Assembly: GCA_035510335.1 (NCBI GenBank) | Contig: DATKHJ010000057.1 | Span: forward strand, 8,270 to 72,269 | Reading direction: 5' to 3' | DNA from: Flavisolibacter sp. | GTDB taxonomy: Bacteria > Bacteroidota > Bacteroidia > Chitinophagales > Chitinophagaceae | DNA length: 64,000 nucleotides | Shown: positions 1 through 9,813 of the stretch, in pieces | How the letters are laid out: every line of letters begins with the position of its first letter | Position numbering within the stretch: the stretch's first letter is position 1 | Program-made: the position numbers and the translations under genes | The notes under the pieces: model-generated | What the model was told of the DNA's origin: nothing | The model's input: only the letters and a program-made list of their open reading frames with translations | The model's database searches: none

Positions 1-13
1 AAGAATCAGTATT

Positions 14-610
14 CTACGTATTGTTTTCATAAAACATGCCCCACTGTTTTGATAGTGCTTGGTGCTCGGTTGTCGTCAATTTTTGTTCTTTGTAATGCCC
101 TGCATTTGATTTTTGCCGAAAAGCCTCATATAAACTCACAGCACAGGCTACACTAATATTCAGCGACTGAATCATCCCTACCTGCGGAATAATGAAATTG
201 CCGTCTGCCTGTAACCTGAATTCATCACTCACGCCGGCGTGTTCGTTCCCAAATACAAGAGCCGTGCTTACCGTTAAATCAAGGTCATATAAACTTACAG
301 CGTCGGAAGCCAAATGGGTCGTTAAAATACGTTGATAATGTTGGCGCAGTGCGGAAATGCAGGCCTGTAAGTCGTCAAATTGATGAATTGTTAACCATTT
401 TGTGGCACTGCTGCTGCTCCTAGTGCCCCATTTTTCGTGTCGTGGAATTTTAGTGTTCACAACATAAATCTCCTGTACGCCAATCGCATCGCAAGAGCGC
501 ATGACAGCCGAAATATTGTGAGGATCAAAAACATTCTCCAATACGATCGTCAGGTCATTTTGCCGATGAGCCAAAACGTGCTTAATTCTTCCGGTTCTTT
601 CAGGTGTCAT
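14..610 (-). CDS. trmH: tRNA (guanosine-2'-O)-methyltransferase, TrmH/SpoU family
   Basis: SPOUT motifs: ENVFDPHNISAVMRSCDA, VFGNEHAGVS, IPQVGMIQSLNISVA. Confidence 0.9.
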   Translation of the reverse strand: MTPERTGRIKHVLAHRQNDLTIVLENVFDPHNISAVMRSCDAIGVQEIYVVNTKIPRHEKWGTRSSSSATKWLTIHQFDDLQACISALRQHYQRILTTHLASDAVSLYDLDLTVSTALVFGNEHAGVSDEFRLQADGNFIIPQVGMIQSLNISVACAVSLYEAFRQKSNAGHYKEQKLTTTEHQALSKQWGMFYENNT

Positions 611-623
611 GTGCTATAAATAG

Positions 624-657
624 AAAAAGGATAAATCAATTTGACTTATCCTTTTTT
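624..657 (-). terminator. Intrinsic terminator downstream of tRNA-Pro
   Basis: Minus strand AAAAAGGATAAGTCAA-A-TTGATTTATCCTTTTT, hairpin with one G-U pair ending in a U tract. Confidence 0.75.
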
Positions 658-659
658 GT

Positions 660-736
660 TGGTCGGGTGGACTGGATTCGAACCAGCGACCCCTTGCACC
701 CCATGCAAGTGCGCTACCGGGCTGCGCCACCACCCG
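660..736 (-). tRNA. tRNA-Pro(GGG)
   Basis: Reverse complement CGGGTGGTGGCGCAGCCCGGTAGCGCACTTGCATGGGGTGCAAGGGGTCGCTGGTTCGAATCCAGTCCACCCGACCA: cloverleaf, anticodon loop ATGGGGT, TTCGAAT T-loop, encoded CCA. Confidence 0.97.
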
Positions 737-745
737 AACGGGATG

Positions 746-753
746 CAAATGTA
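746..753 (-). promoter_or_regulatory. Bacteroidota sigma-A -7 box (TAnnTTTG) for tRNA-Pro
   Basis: TACATTTG on the minus strand about 10 nt before the tRNA 5' end, with TTG about 21 nt upstream. Confidence 0.7.
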
Positions 754-798
754 AGAGGATAAGACAATTTGTTACAATAAAAATTTGGCGTTTAAAAA

Positions 799-826
799 CA
801 AAAATAGCCCTAAAATTAGGGCTATT
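799..826 (-). terminator. Intrinsic terminator after GT2 gene
   Basis: AATAGCCCTA/TAGGGCTATT 10-bp stem followed by a T tract on the minus strand. Confidence 0.75.
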
Positions 827-848
827 AAAAATGTACTCTTACTATCAG

Positions 849-1652
849 TTATGCTGTTGCTGGCGACAATGTGGTTACTACATCCTTCTCTTTACCAGGA
901 TGAAGGAACTTTACATATTGCGGCAACTTACGCAAAGGTTTGATAAGTGATACTACAAAGGCAAATGGAACTTCGTTTCTTTTCAGTGCCAGGTAATCAC
1001 GACGGTTAGCCCTGAACCTTTTTTTGAAACTACCGTTACTCATACCCCCTGTTCTCATTTTTACAATCAGTTCCGGCAGATAGTATGAACTAATTCTGTG
1101 CTTGTACAAGTAGCGAGTCATCAGCTCAAAATCGGACGCTGAGAAATAATGCGTTTCATATCCACCCAATTGTTCGACAATCTCTTTGCGTACGTAGAAG
1201 GTTGGGTGAGCCGGCATCCAACCCAGCTTAAAAGATTTACGATTGTACGGCATACCTCTCCAGAAACGGTGAATTTTAGAAGTCTCTTCCGGATCTACGT
1301 ATAACAGGTCTCCAAAAAGAGAGTCAACTTTATGCTCTTTAAAACATACCGCAATTTTTGAGATCACATCTTTTGAAGCCAGTATATCGTCACTGTTTAA
1401 AATGCCAATGACATCGCCGGTAGCCATCTTCATGCCCTTGTTAATGGCATCGTACATCCCATTGTCTTTTTCAGAGATCCATTTGGTAATGCAGGAAGAA
1501 TTTTTTTCAATAATGGACAATGTTTCGTCGGTAGAGCCACCATCAACAATAATATATTCGATGTTGGGGTAATCCTGGTTAATAACAGACTGTATGGCGT
1601 TTTGCAGGTAGCGTGCAGAGTTGTAGGTAACGGTGATTAGAGAAATTTTCAT
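849..1652 (-). CDS. Glycosyltransferase family 2 (WcaE-like)
   Basis: [47 protein letters not shown] at 1652 preferred over TTG at 1661. Confidence 0.9.
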   Translation of the reverse strand: MKISLITVTYNSARYLQNAIQSVINQDYPNIEYIIVDGGSTDETLSIIEKNSSCITKWISEKDNGMYDAINKGMKMATGDVIGILNSDDILASKDVISKIAVCFKEHKVDSLFGDLLYVDPEETSKIHRFWRGMPYNRKSFKLGWMPAHPTFYVRKEIVEQLGGYETHYFSASDFELMTRYLYKHRISSYYLPELIVKMRTGGMSNGSFKKRFRANRRDYLALKRNEVPFAFVVSLIKPLRKLPQYVKFLHPGKEKDVVTTLSPATA

Positions 1653-1879
1653 TTGTTGCAATTAGCAGTTAACAAATTTGTTTCTTAACAATTTTCAGGG
1701 TACTGATATAGACAACTTGTGATGTACAAGTAGCGTTCTTAAAACCTGTTAAGATTTTCCACTTTGTGAATCCGGATTTTAGCTATGGAATTTCCTGGTA
1801 ATTGCTAGTTGCAAATGAACCTATGATAGGATTGAACGTGGTAACATAGGTATTGAATCAAGGGGATTGATTTCGAGTT

Positions 1880-1887
1880 CAAATATA
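1880..1887 (-). promoter_or_regulatory. Putative TAnnTTTG -7 box for the GT2 gene
   Basis: TATATTTG on the minus strand, downstream of the operon terminator. Confidence 0.5.
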
Positions 1888-1980
1888 TAAAACTAATTCC
1901 TATTTCATAGCATCGCCGACACTATTTTTTGTATTCGGTTAATTTCCTCCAACAAACGGCTGTGCTACAGTATTTATACA

Positions 1981-2016
1981 AAAAATATACCCCGGCTTTT
2001 GCCGGGGTATATTTTT
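1981..2016 (-). terminator. Strong intrinsic terminator ending the long operon
   Basis: Perfect 16-bp inverted repeat AAAAATATACCCCGGC-4 nt-GCCGGGGTATATTTTT, 20 nt after the carbamoyltransferase stop. Confidence 0.9.
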
Positions 2017-2036
2017 AAAAACTAAAAGTGTTTAAG

Positions 2037-3770
2037 CTATGCAGTTCTTTCAACAACAATATTCTCCAGAACCAGCATATCCATATTTGTCCGGAGGTAA
2101 CAAGCAAGTGCTTCCTCAGGGCTGTTAACAATAGGCTCATTCTCATTAAAAGAGGTATTTAATAATATGGGAACGCCTGTTTTTTTGTAAAACGTTTCAA
2201 TCAATGCATGGTATCTGGGGGAAATTTCTTTGTCAACAGTTTGTAACCTACCCGATCCATCAACGTGTGTTACGGCTGGTATCTGCGCCTGCTTGTCCTT
2301 TCGAATGGGGAAAACTTTCTCCATAAATGGAACCTCATCCGTAACTTCAAAAAAGTCAGCAACATGTTCTTTTAAAATCGAAGGGGCAAAAGGACGAAAA
2401 CTTTCCCGGCGCTTTATTTTACTGTTTAAAATTTCTTTCGCATCAGCTCTACGCGGATCGGCAATAATGGATCTTCCTCCCAAAGCACGAGGACCAAATT
2501 CGGCGCGGCCATTAAACCAGCCAACAACTCCACCATCTTCCAGGCAAGAGGTAATCTTCTGAAACAATTGCTCATCGCTGTGTTCTGTGTAAGCAATTTG
2601 TTTGTTATTTAAAATTTTCTTGATTTCCTCGTTACTGAAATTGCTTCCAGTATAAGCAGAACGAATTGACGCCTGGCGTGGTAAGTTTTGCAATTGGTGC
2701 TGAACATAAAGTGCTGCTCCCATTGAGATGCCTGCATCGTGTCCTGCTGAAGGAATATAAACGTTTTTAAAGGTCGTGTTCCTTGTGATTTTTCCATTTG
2801 CCACAGAGTTCTGCGCCACACCACCCGCAATACAAACGTTTTGCAAGCCAGTGCGTTTTTGTAAGTGGTTTAAAATGTGAAAAATCACCTTTTCGGTAAA
2901 TCGCTGAACCGAGGCAGCCATGTCTTTGTGGTACTGTTCAAGCGGCTCATCTTTTTTACGGGCCGGTCCAAACTTTTCAACCATCAAATCGCTGAACAAA
3001 GGCGCCACTACGGGAATATTATCGTCGCCATAAGAAATAATGCCTTCAGTGGCAGAGCGGAAATACTTTAGATTGAGTCTGAATAAGCCATCATCCGTAA
3101 GGTGAATAACATCTTCCAGTTTGTCAAGGTATTTTGCTTCGCCGTAAGGCGCCATTCCCATCACCTTGTACTCATCTCCATAGTGCGGAAAGCCCAGCAA
3201 CTGCGTGAACGCAGAATAAAAGATTCCAATGGAATGGGGAAAGTCCACTGAGTCGATAATTTCAATTTTGCTCCCTTTTCCGATGCCAATCATGGTTGTG
3301 GTAAAGTCACCGGAACCGTCAATTGACAGGCAGGCTGCTTCATCAAATGGTGAAGCAAAAAACGCAGAAGCAATATGGCTTCGGTGGTGTTCTACATTCA
3401 CCACTTTTCCTTTGAATGTTTGCACAGGAAGACCGGAAATAACCGCCAGTTCTTCGTCAATGCTTGCGGCCTTTTTGCTATTTGCCATCCGGTCCTTAAT
3501 CACTTTCATGCTACCCTTTGGGTTGCTGGCAACAAAAAGAATCTTTTTTAAAAACTTTGCTTTTGGATCGCGGCCGATGGCAAAATAATCCACCTGCTCA
3601 AAGGTTACACCCGCTTCTTTTAAACAAAATTCAATGGCAAGTTTAGGAAAGCCTGCCCAGTGTTTTACACGGCGAAACCGCTCTTCCTCAATTGCGGCAA
3701 TCATTATTCCATTCACAAAAATCGCGGCCGACGAGTCGGCATGATAGGCATTTATTCCAAGTATAATCAT
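2037..3770 (-). CDS. O-carbamoyltransferase, NodU/CmcH family
   Basis: ILGINAYHADSSAA, EEERFRRVKH, EHHRSH, AGGVAQN, EFGPRALGGRS, RESFRPFAPS, LNTSFN. Confidence 0.95.
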   Translation of the reverse strand: MIILGINAYHADSSAAIFVNGIMIAAIEEERFRRVKHWAGFPKLAIEFCLKEAGVTFEQVDYFAIGRDPKAKFLKKILFVASNPKGSMKVIKDRMANSKKAASIDEELAVISGLPVQTFKGKVVNVEHHRSHIASAFFASPFDEAACLSIDGSGDFTTTMIGIGKGSKIEIIDSVDFPHSIGIFYSAFTQLLGFPHYGDEYKVMGMAPYGEAKYLDKLEDVIHLTDDGLFRLNLKYFRSATEGIISYGDDNIPVVAPLFSDLMVEKFGPARKKDEPLEQYHKDMAASVQRFTEKVIFHILNHLQKRTGLQNVCIAGGVAQNSVANGKITRNTTFKNVYIPSAGHDAGISMGAALYVQHQLQNLPRQASIRSAYTGSNFSNEEIKKILNNKQIAYTEHSDEQLFQKITSCLEDGGVVGWFNGRAEFGPRALGGRSIIADPRRADAKEILNSKIKRRESFRPFAPSILKEHVADFFEVTDEVPFMEKVFPIRKDKQAQIPAVTHVDGSGRLQTVDKEISPRYHALIETFYKKTGVPILLNTSFNENEPIVNSPEEALACYLRTNMDMLVLENIVVERTA

Positions 3771-4369
3771 GATAAAGCTTGTAGGTTTTGGTTAGCATTT
3801 TGGTTTGAAACGACAACAGCGTTTTTTTTTCCGGTGCGGTCGTAAAAATAGATCATTCCGAAGATGCACGCATAAGCAACAATGTTGAACCACGTATGAT
3901 GGTCCCAGCCCAGCGGGAATTTCCAGTTGTTTCTATCGGCTAGCAGCAGAAGTGACAAACGCAGGACATTGATTATCCATAATGCAGACAGGCCGCAAAG
4001 AACCCACGCTGTTTTCTTGCCCCACGAACCTTTATTGGCGATAACAAAGGCAGCCCAAAAGCTCATTACGCCATAGCCAATGCAGGAGTACACCATTCTC
4101 ACTCCCTCCCCTGTCGTCATTCGCAGCGTGAATTTGTCGGAGAAAAAAGTAGGATAACCCAGCATTGATAAGAACGCTTTGGCTCCAATTAATAATGATG
4201 AACGCAAAGGGTCAATAAAGTTGAGATAATTGGCCACAAAAGCATTGTAACTGTTTTCTGGTGTGGACAAGCCGATAATACCCAGGGTTCCGAAGTAGAA
4301 CAGGCAGAAGGCTCCCCCAAATTTCAGAAGATAGACGAGGACGGCGTTTTTTGAACTAGCTTGTTTTAT
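3767..4369 (-). CDS. Exosortase-family transpeptidase (XrtY-like)
   Basis: Multi-TM protein with exosortase Cys/Arg/His motifs (VYSCIG, INVLRL, WDHHTWFN). The frame stays open upstream of the listed TTG (4270) to an ATA at 4369, adding a TM helix. Confidence 0.8.
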   Translation of the reverse strand: MKQASSKNAVLVYLLKFGGAFCLFYFGTLGIIGLSTPENSYNAFVANYLNFIDPLRSSLLIGAKAFLSMLGYPTFFSDKFTLRMTTGEGVRMVYSCIGYGVMSFWAAFVIANKGSWGKKTAWVLCGLSALWIINVLRLSLLLLADRNNWKFPLGWDHHTWFNIVAYACIFGMIYFYDRTGKKNAVVVSNQNANQNLQALS

Positions 4370-4403
4370 AGGTTACGTTTGTAGGTTAATAACACGTTTG
4401 TAC

Positions 4404-5522
4404 TTACACCTGGAACATTTCTTTATACTGCATTTTTATCTGACCAATGTCTATAGAACGCTCTGCATAAATCCTTGCTCCGGCTGACCACTCAGCCAAC
4501 TCATTTTCTTTAGCCCGTGCAAAAAAACAAATTGCTTCTGAAAGTTCATAATTGTTTTCAAGAGAAACATTAAATCCGGCTTTTGCTTCTTTTAAGCCGT
4601 TCCAGGGTGTATTATGGCTGGTAATAACCGGCTTTCCGGCTGTTAAAGCCTCATAAATAGCATGGCCAAAGTTTTCGCTCTTGCTTGGAAGAACAAACAC
4701 ATCCATGTTTTGCAAGGCGTTAGGGATTTCAGCTGATGGCACATCTCCTTTATAAACGACCGAAATATGCTGCGGAAGCTTTTTTATTTTCTCTGTGCAC
4801 TGTCGCCAATAGCCCGCATCTTTCACCGCCCCGTAAATCGTGTACACAACCTTTTCAGAACAGGTTGCCAAGGCTTCAATTACATTCAGGTAATTCTTCA
4901 TTGGGCTGATTAGGCCAACTGAAACAAGCTGCATGGCAGAGTCTTTCCTCGACGCTTTATGCGGCAGTTGTAGAACTCTGGGAAGATTTGGAACCACATG
5001 AACAGTGGTCTCTTTCCCAAAAGCCTGCTGAATAAATTGTTTTTCCTCTTGGTTGGTGGCGTGAAAATAATGCTGCTTTGAAAGCCCAAGCAGTTTCCAA
5101 ATACCGAGGTAAACTTGCTTTTTTATTTTTTTCTGTGACAATGCGCCGGAGTGGAGCATGCCCCTGGCGGAAATGACTTTTTTCTCTGCTTTCCCAAACA
5201 ATAGCGGCAAGAAATTATAATACAGGGAGTAGATGCCATTGATAAAAAAGATCTGTGGCTGCCAAGCCTGTACTTCCCGCAAGATGGCAAACATTTTCCG
5301 GTTGTTTGAATTGTACCAAACTTCCGTGTGGTTATTAAACTGTACCCACTGGTCGGTTACCACGTTTTCCAGCGGCAGGCCATCCAAGTCTTTATTCGAA
5401 CAGATGACCCGGTATTTTACCCCTTCAATGGGCTGGTTTACCAGATTTACAATGGATTGAATGGGTCCGCCTGCTTTGTAAGCCGGCGCAAACCAGTCGA
5501 TAAAAATGACAACTTTCACCAA
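4404..5522 (-). CDS. Glycosyltransferase family 4
   Basis: PAYKAGGP, ISARGML, HATNQEE, VLPSKSENFGHAIYEAL. Confidence 0.9.
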   Translation of the reverse strand: MVKVVIFIDWFAPAYKAGGPIQSIVNLVNQPIEGVKYRVICSNKDLDGLPLENVVTDQWVQFNNHTEVWYNSNNRKMFAILREVQAWQPQIFFINGIYSLYYNFLPLLFGKAEKKVISARGMLHSGALSQKKIKKQVYLGIWKLLGLSKQHYFHATNQEEKQFIQQAFGKETTVHVVPNLPRVLQLPHKASRKDSAMQLVSVGLISPMKNYLNVIEALATCSEKVVYTIYGAVKDAGYWRQCTEKIKKLPQHISVVYKGDVPSAEIPNALQNMDVFVLPSKSENFGHAIYEALTAGKPVITSHNTPWNGLKEAKAGFNVSLENNYELSEAICFFARAKENELAEWSAGARIYAERSIDIGQIKMQYKEMFQV

Positions 5523-5526
5523 TGGA

Positions 5527-6933
5527 TCAATTTGATGCAGCCACCAGTTGCGGCATCGCGGCAGCTTCCTGAATGGATCTGTGCTCGGTTAATACTGCTG
5601 CTTTGTGTTGCATATAACGCCGTGTAAAGTACATAAGCGCACTGAACACAACCAGCCCTTTTACAAGGTGTCCCATCCAGGTTTGGGTTTCGCAGTCAGC
5701 TCGAACCGCGTAATTTAAAATAGGAAATGCCAACAGGGCAAAAAATGGCGAAATGCTCGTCCATTTTTCAATTAGTTTAAAAGACCAGGCAACCAGCAGC
5801 CCAAACAGGAAGGCAAAAATGAGTGTGCCATAATAACCATAGGAAATATAGCCGTCAGCAAAAAGACCCAAGGCCATTGAAGTGCCTTTTAAAACTCGTA
5901 TTCCTGAAAATTCGTTGAAGATTTTTGTATCCCCCGCCTCCAGTTTATTTGGCGCCAGGGCTCTGGGTAGAAAAGCAGCTTCCGCGTATTTCTTTACCAG
6001 GTTCATGTCCTGGAAGTTTTGCCGTCTGTCCGTGGTTTGCATTGCACTGGAAAAGATCCATCCCTGGTTTGCACGGGTTAGCGACAGGGCTACGTTTGTC
6101 ATATTAAAAAGGCCCCCTTCTCCAGCGGAATTTTTGTCAACAACGGATGTCAATGAACCTAGCCCCCCTTCTTTCCCAGCCCGCAGTTGTTCCCGATAAG
6201 CTCCTTTGACTGACTGCAAAAGAAAAAGCGCTACAATAGCAATAGAACCTAAAACAAACTTGGTAGAAGCGGATGGTTTTTTAATGTAGGTCCAAACCAT
6301 ACTGAAGAAAAGAATCCAGATTACCATGTCATGAAACATGCCCACGGCCAGTGCTGCGGTTACTTCCAGGAATATCAAAGCATAGAGATACCACTTGTAT
6401 TTTTTCCGGTCAATGATAAAAAGCGCAAAGGCTGCCACATACTTAATACCACCAAGCAGATAGGCCACAAAGCCCAGGTCACCAGGTAAGAAACTTCGCA
6501 TCAGGCCAATACAAAATCCTGCAATCAGCCATTTTTTCATTAAATCTTCGTTCAGCAGAACCTGTAGCTTATCGGTATAGAAATTATAGTTAAAGATTTT
6601 TGTTCGTAAACTAAACAGACCCACATGCAAACACAACATCGCCGGAATGGCAATTGAAAAATACATTTCCGGGTTCAGCCTCATCTTGTAAACGGCAATG
6701 TTTTGCGTCACTTCGTAAGTTAAGGCTGGCGAGAAAAGGTAATTTAGGCCATACATCATTAAAATATACTCGCGGAAAGCAATTCTATCGTTCAGCTGGG
6801 ACAGAAAATGAACCAAATAGGCTACCCAAATGGTAATTGCCAGGTTGCTCCAGAGGGAGAACCCGGTAAGTGTATATAGAAGAAAAAAGGTTAGCAGGGG
6901 TAAAATCAGCCGCATAAAAAATAAAAGTAACAA
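5527..6933 (-). CDS. Wzy/O-antigen polymerase- or ligase-like multi-pass membrane protein
   Basis: About 11-12 hydrophobic segments and a large loop with RANQG and FLPRALAPNK. Start may be ATG at 6915. Confidence 0.6.
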   Translation of the reverse strand: MLLLFFMRLILPLLTFFLLYTLTGFSLWSNLAITIWVAYLVHFLSQLNDRIAFREYILMMYGLNYLFSPALTYEVTQNIAVYKMRLNPEMYFSIAIPAMLCLHVGLFSLRTKIFNYNFYTDKLQVLLNEDLMKKWLIAGFCIGLMRSFLPGDLGFVAYLLGGIKYVAAFALFIIDRKKYKWYLYALIFLEVTAALAVGMFHDMVIWILFFSMVWTYIKKPSASTKFVLGSIAIVALFLLQSVKGAYREQLRAGKEGGLGSLTSVVDKNSAGEGGLFNMTNVALSLTRANQGWIFSSAMQTTDRRQNFQDMNLVKKYAEAAFLPRALAPNKLEAGDTKIFNEFSGIRVLKGTSMALGLFADGYISYGYYGTLIFAFLFGLLVAWSFKLIEKWTSISPFFALLAFPILNYAVRADCETQTWMGHLVKGLVVFSALMYFTRRYMQHKAAVLTEHRSIQEAAAMPQLVAASN

Positions 6934-6939
6934 AAAAAG

Positions 6940-8097
6940 TCAAAGCCCACAGGCCTTTTCGACGGCTTGTGCCAATGCGGTGAAGCTAAAATTCTGGATG
7001 TGTTGAATCGAAGCCTGCCTTGCAGCGTCCCAATTTTCCGGTCGGTTTTTAAGTTCAACAAGGTAATTGCCTACACGGGTTGTATCATGTAGATCGAAAA
7101 CAAGGCCGTTGTTTTTGACCAGATCAATTGCTCCGCCGGTTTTTGTTGAAAGTATTACAGGCAACCCGGTTGCCATTGCTTCGTTGGCGGCCAGCCCCCA
7201 GGTTTCTCCGGGACCTTTGCTGGGTAAAAGTAAAACGTGCCCAAGGCTGTAAACAACCGGCATCAGGCTTTGATTCTGAAAGGGAAGAAATTTAACCCGC
7301 GAGTCCGCCGCGGCTTCGGCTTTTAGTTTTTCTTCCAGTTCCCCGTTGCCCACGAAAAGAAAGACAAAGGCGGGGTCTGGAATTTGTTTCGCTAGTTTGA
7401 GCAGAAAAAAAGGATTCTTCTTTTCTTCAAGCTTACCGGCAAAGAGAACAACGAAGTTTGTTTTTTGGATGCCAAGTTCATTTCTGAAGGTCTCCAGCGC
7501 AGTTTCCTGTTCAGCAGACAAAGAGGCAAAACGATTATTGTCGATGGCATGGTACGCCGGCACCAGCTTTTTTTCACTGACGCCGTGTGCCTTGAAATAA
7601 GCTTTGTTGTTGGTTCCTACATAAAGTGCTTTGTCGATATAACGGTACACCCAGGTAAGAAAAATTCGCCGGATGAGGGTTTTGATGCCTTTTGTTTCAT
7701 CAAGCAAAGTGGAATCGCCGCGGAATAACACCGGGATTTTTCCTTTAAAATAACGCATGCATGCCAGGTGGCTTTTGTACGACCAGCCAATTACCAGCAC
7801 GGCATCGGGCTGCCATTTTTCAATCTGCTGTATCAGGGTCGGGTTATCGACTCCTTTAAAATGATGTGAACCCGGGTCTTTGGAAATATTCGGAACAAAT
7901 TCGTAGTCGTATCCATTCAACAACGGGATATCCCATTCCACTACCCTTTTAAACGTTGGATCGTATTTGGGCCCCTGCTCTGTTTGCGACCAGGTATAAA
8001 AAACACGCATCTGAACATTGCCTCGCTGCTGAAGGAGCGAAAACCAGGGTGCGTTGTATTGTATGGGATGGGTGGAAACAATGGCTAGCTTTTTCAC
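6940..8097 (-). CDS. Glycosyltransferase family 4
   Basis: THPIQYNAP, LFAGKLEEKK, LLPSKGPGETWGLAANEAMA. Confidence 0.9.
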   Translation of the reverse strand: MKKLAIVSTHPIQYNAPWFSLLQQRGNVQMRVFYTWSQTEQGPKYDPTFKRVVEWDIPLLNGYDYEFVPNISKDPGSHHFKGVDNPTLIQQIEKWQPDAVLVIGWSYKSHLACMRYFKGKIPVLFRGDSTLLDETKGIKTLIRRIFLTWVYRYIDKALYVGTNNKAYFKAHGVSEKKLVPAYHAIDNNRFASLSAEQETALETFRNELGIQKTNFVVLFAGKLEEKKNPFFLLKLAKQIPDPAFVFLFVGNGELEEKLKAEAAADSRVKFLPFQNQSLMPVVYSLGHVLLLPSKGPGETWGLAANEAMATGLPVILSTKTGGAIDLVKNNGLVFDLHDTTRVGNYLVELKNRPENWDAARQASIQHIQNFSFTALAQAVEKACGL

Positions 8098-8915
8098 TGC
8101 GTAAGTTTATAAATACCAAATTCTTTTCGTACGGCTGGTGTGATTAATTTACCGCGGATGATTTTTTTTGCCAGGTTGCGCAGGCTAAGCTTTTTCAAGT
8201 CTGTTTTGGAGGCCATCTCATTGGTGCTGTGAAAAACATAAACCAGTCCGTAAAATGGCAGGGGCTTTATGGTTTCACTGTGCGAATATTGAATTCGGGT
8301 GCGTACATACGAATGTGCTGCAAAAAAGCTGTAGTTCTCGTAAGTATTGATGGAGAAATCTGTTTCTGGAATAACATCTCCCCGGATAATGTTTACTGAT
8401 CCACACATAAAGTTCATCTGATCCGGAACTTTGATCAACAGAGAACCGTTTTCTGCATACAAATAACCCTGGTTCACATAAAAGCCAACGTTTGTGGATG
8501 GGTCCTGTTGATTGATATAGCAGGTGATTTTATTGGAAAGCAAATCGTCAGCATCCAGCATCATAATGTACTGGCATCCCTCCTTCTTTGCCTGTGCTGT
8601 CCCGTAAAGTGATTTTCTGCCCTGGTCGTAGAAAAAAGGAAGATGTTCCCAGTGCTTTTTCTCTTTTCCAAAAGAGTTGTATTTTTCTGCATCTTCAATT
8701 TTGTCTGCCGTGGCAAAGGGAAACGGGAACTGAACCCAGACTATTTTTTCGTGTTGACGCGGACTTTTGGGTAAGTCCGTATAGGTAACATAACACTTAA
8801 AGTTTTTATCTGTTTGATTGAGTACAGATTTGAGGGTACGATCCAGCAAGGCACAATCCAACTCCCAGTTTTTTGATTTTTCCTTGCTTTTAAAAGGGAT
8901 TACAAAACCAACCAT
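8094..8915 (-). CDS. GT-A fold glycosyltransferase-like protein
   Basis: FVIPFKS, TLKSVLNQTD, MMLDADD (DxD motif). Confidence 0.65.
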   Translation of the reverse strand: MVGFVIPFKSKEKSKNWELDCALLDRTLKSVLNQTDKNFKCYVTYTDLPKSPRQHEKIVWVQFPFPFATADKIEDAEKYNSFGKEKKHWEHLPFFYDQGRKSLYGTAQAKKEGCQYIMMLDADDLLSNKITCYINQQDPSTNVGFYVNQGYLYAENGSLLIKVPDQMNFMCGSVNIIRGDVIPETDFSINTYENYSFFAAHSYVRTRIQYSHSETIKPLPFYGLVYVFHSTNEMASKTDLKKLSLRNLAKKIIRGKLITPAVRKEFGIYKLTQ

Positions 8916-8916
8916 T

Positions 8917-9696
8917 TTAAGTAGCCAAAGTTTTACAGTAAATATGATATTCTCCGTTCAGTTCATACTTGCGGTTGCGAAGTGAACGGTCTATTAATGC
9001 CTTGCAGCCTGGAATCATGTGTTCATGAATTTCGATCGCAATACAACCAGCCTTGTCTACCCATGTCAGGTTATCGCTGTTAAAACAGGTGTATTCCGAT
9101 CCTTCGATATCCATTTTTAATAGATCCACTTTGCTCAGCTTGAATTTTTCAAGAATCTCGTTGATGCCAATTGCTTCAATGTGCCCAATAACATTTTTAC
9201 CGGGGTTGCTCTCCGATACCTGGAAAGAGGCATGGCCTTCGCCGGAGTCAATTAAATAAAGGTCACAGGCCTTATTCCAGATACCTTTTTTAATCAGGTT
9301 GATGTTGCTGTAGACACTTGTATTTTTTTGCAGCATTGCAAAATTGGATGTTTCGGGCTCAATGCTGATAATTTGCGCTTGCGGATATTTGAATTTGAAA
9401 TAAAGAGTAGCTAAACCAATGTTGGCGCCGCAGTCAATGATAATTTTTGGGGCAGAAGGCAACGTAAAATTCAGTTCCTCGTAAATGAAAATTTGTGAAA
9501 AGATAGCCGTGTCGTAAAACTTGTTACGGAGAAAAAGTTTTCCGCCGTTTTTAACCCGGACGGGAATCAATTTACCTTTTGGCGTCAGCATTTTCCGTAA
9601 AGCAAACAATAGGGTTCCGCCAAAGCCGAGCTTTTCGCTGTACAGCAGAAAGGCTTTCAGTTTTTTATTTTGGAGGAAGCGTTGTTTTTGAAGCAT
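8917..9696 (-). CDS. FkbM family methyltransferase
   Basis: IIDCGANIG, SIEP, LLKMDIEGSE, IEIH. Confidence 0.9.
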   Translation of the reverse strand: MLQKQRFLQNKKLKAFLLYSEKLGFGGTLLFALRKMLTPKGKLIPVRVKNGGKLFLRNKFYDTAIFSQIFIYEELNFTLPSAPKIIIDCGANIGLATLYFKFKYPQAQIISIEPETSNFAMLQKNTSVYSNINLIKKGIWNKACDLYLIDSGEGHASFQVSESNPGKNVIGHIEAIGINEILEKFKLSKVDLLKMDIEGSEYTCFNSDNLTWVDKAGCIAIEIHEHMIPGCKALIDRSLRNRKYELNGEYHIYCKTLAT

Positions 9697-9813
9697 ATAG
9701 TTTTGATTGTAGGTGCAATGTTAGTTACGATTAAGTAGCGCCGGATTGCGATAACTCCTTCCGGAAAACAACACAAAGTCCTCTCACCTGCCCTCAAAAA
9801 AACCGGGCTTATT

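Noticed and set aside
660-736. tRNA-Pro as the integration site of a genomic island carrying the glycan locus
   Set aside because: The locus lies on the 5' side of the tRNA, and no integrase or duplicated tRNA 3' end is seen
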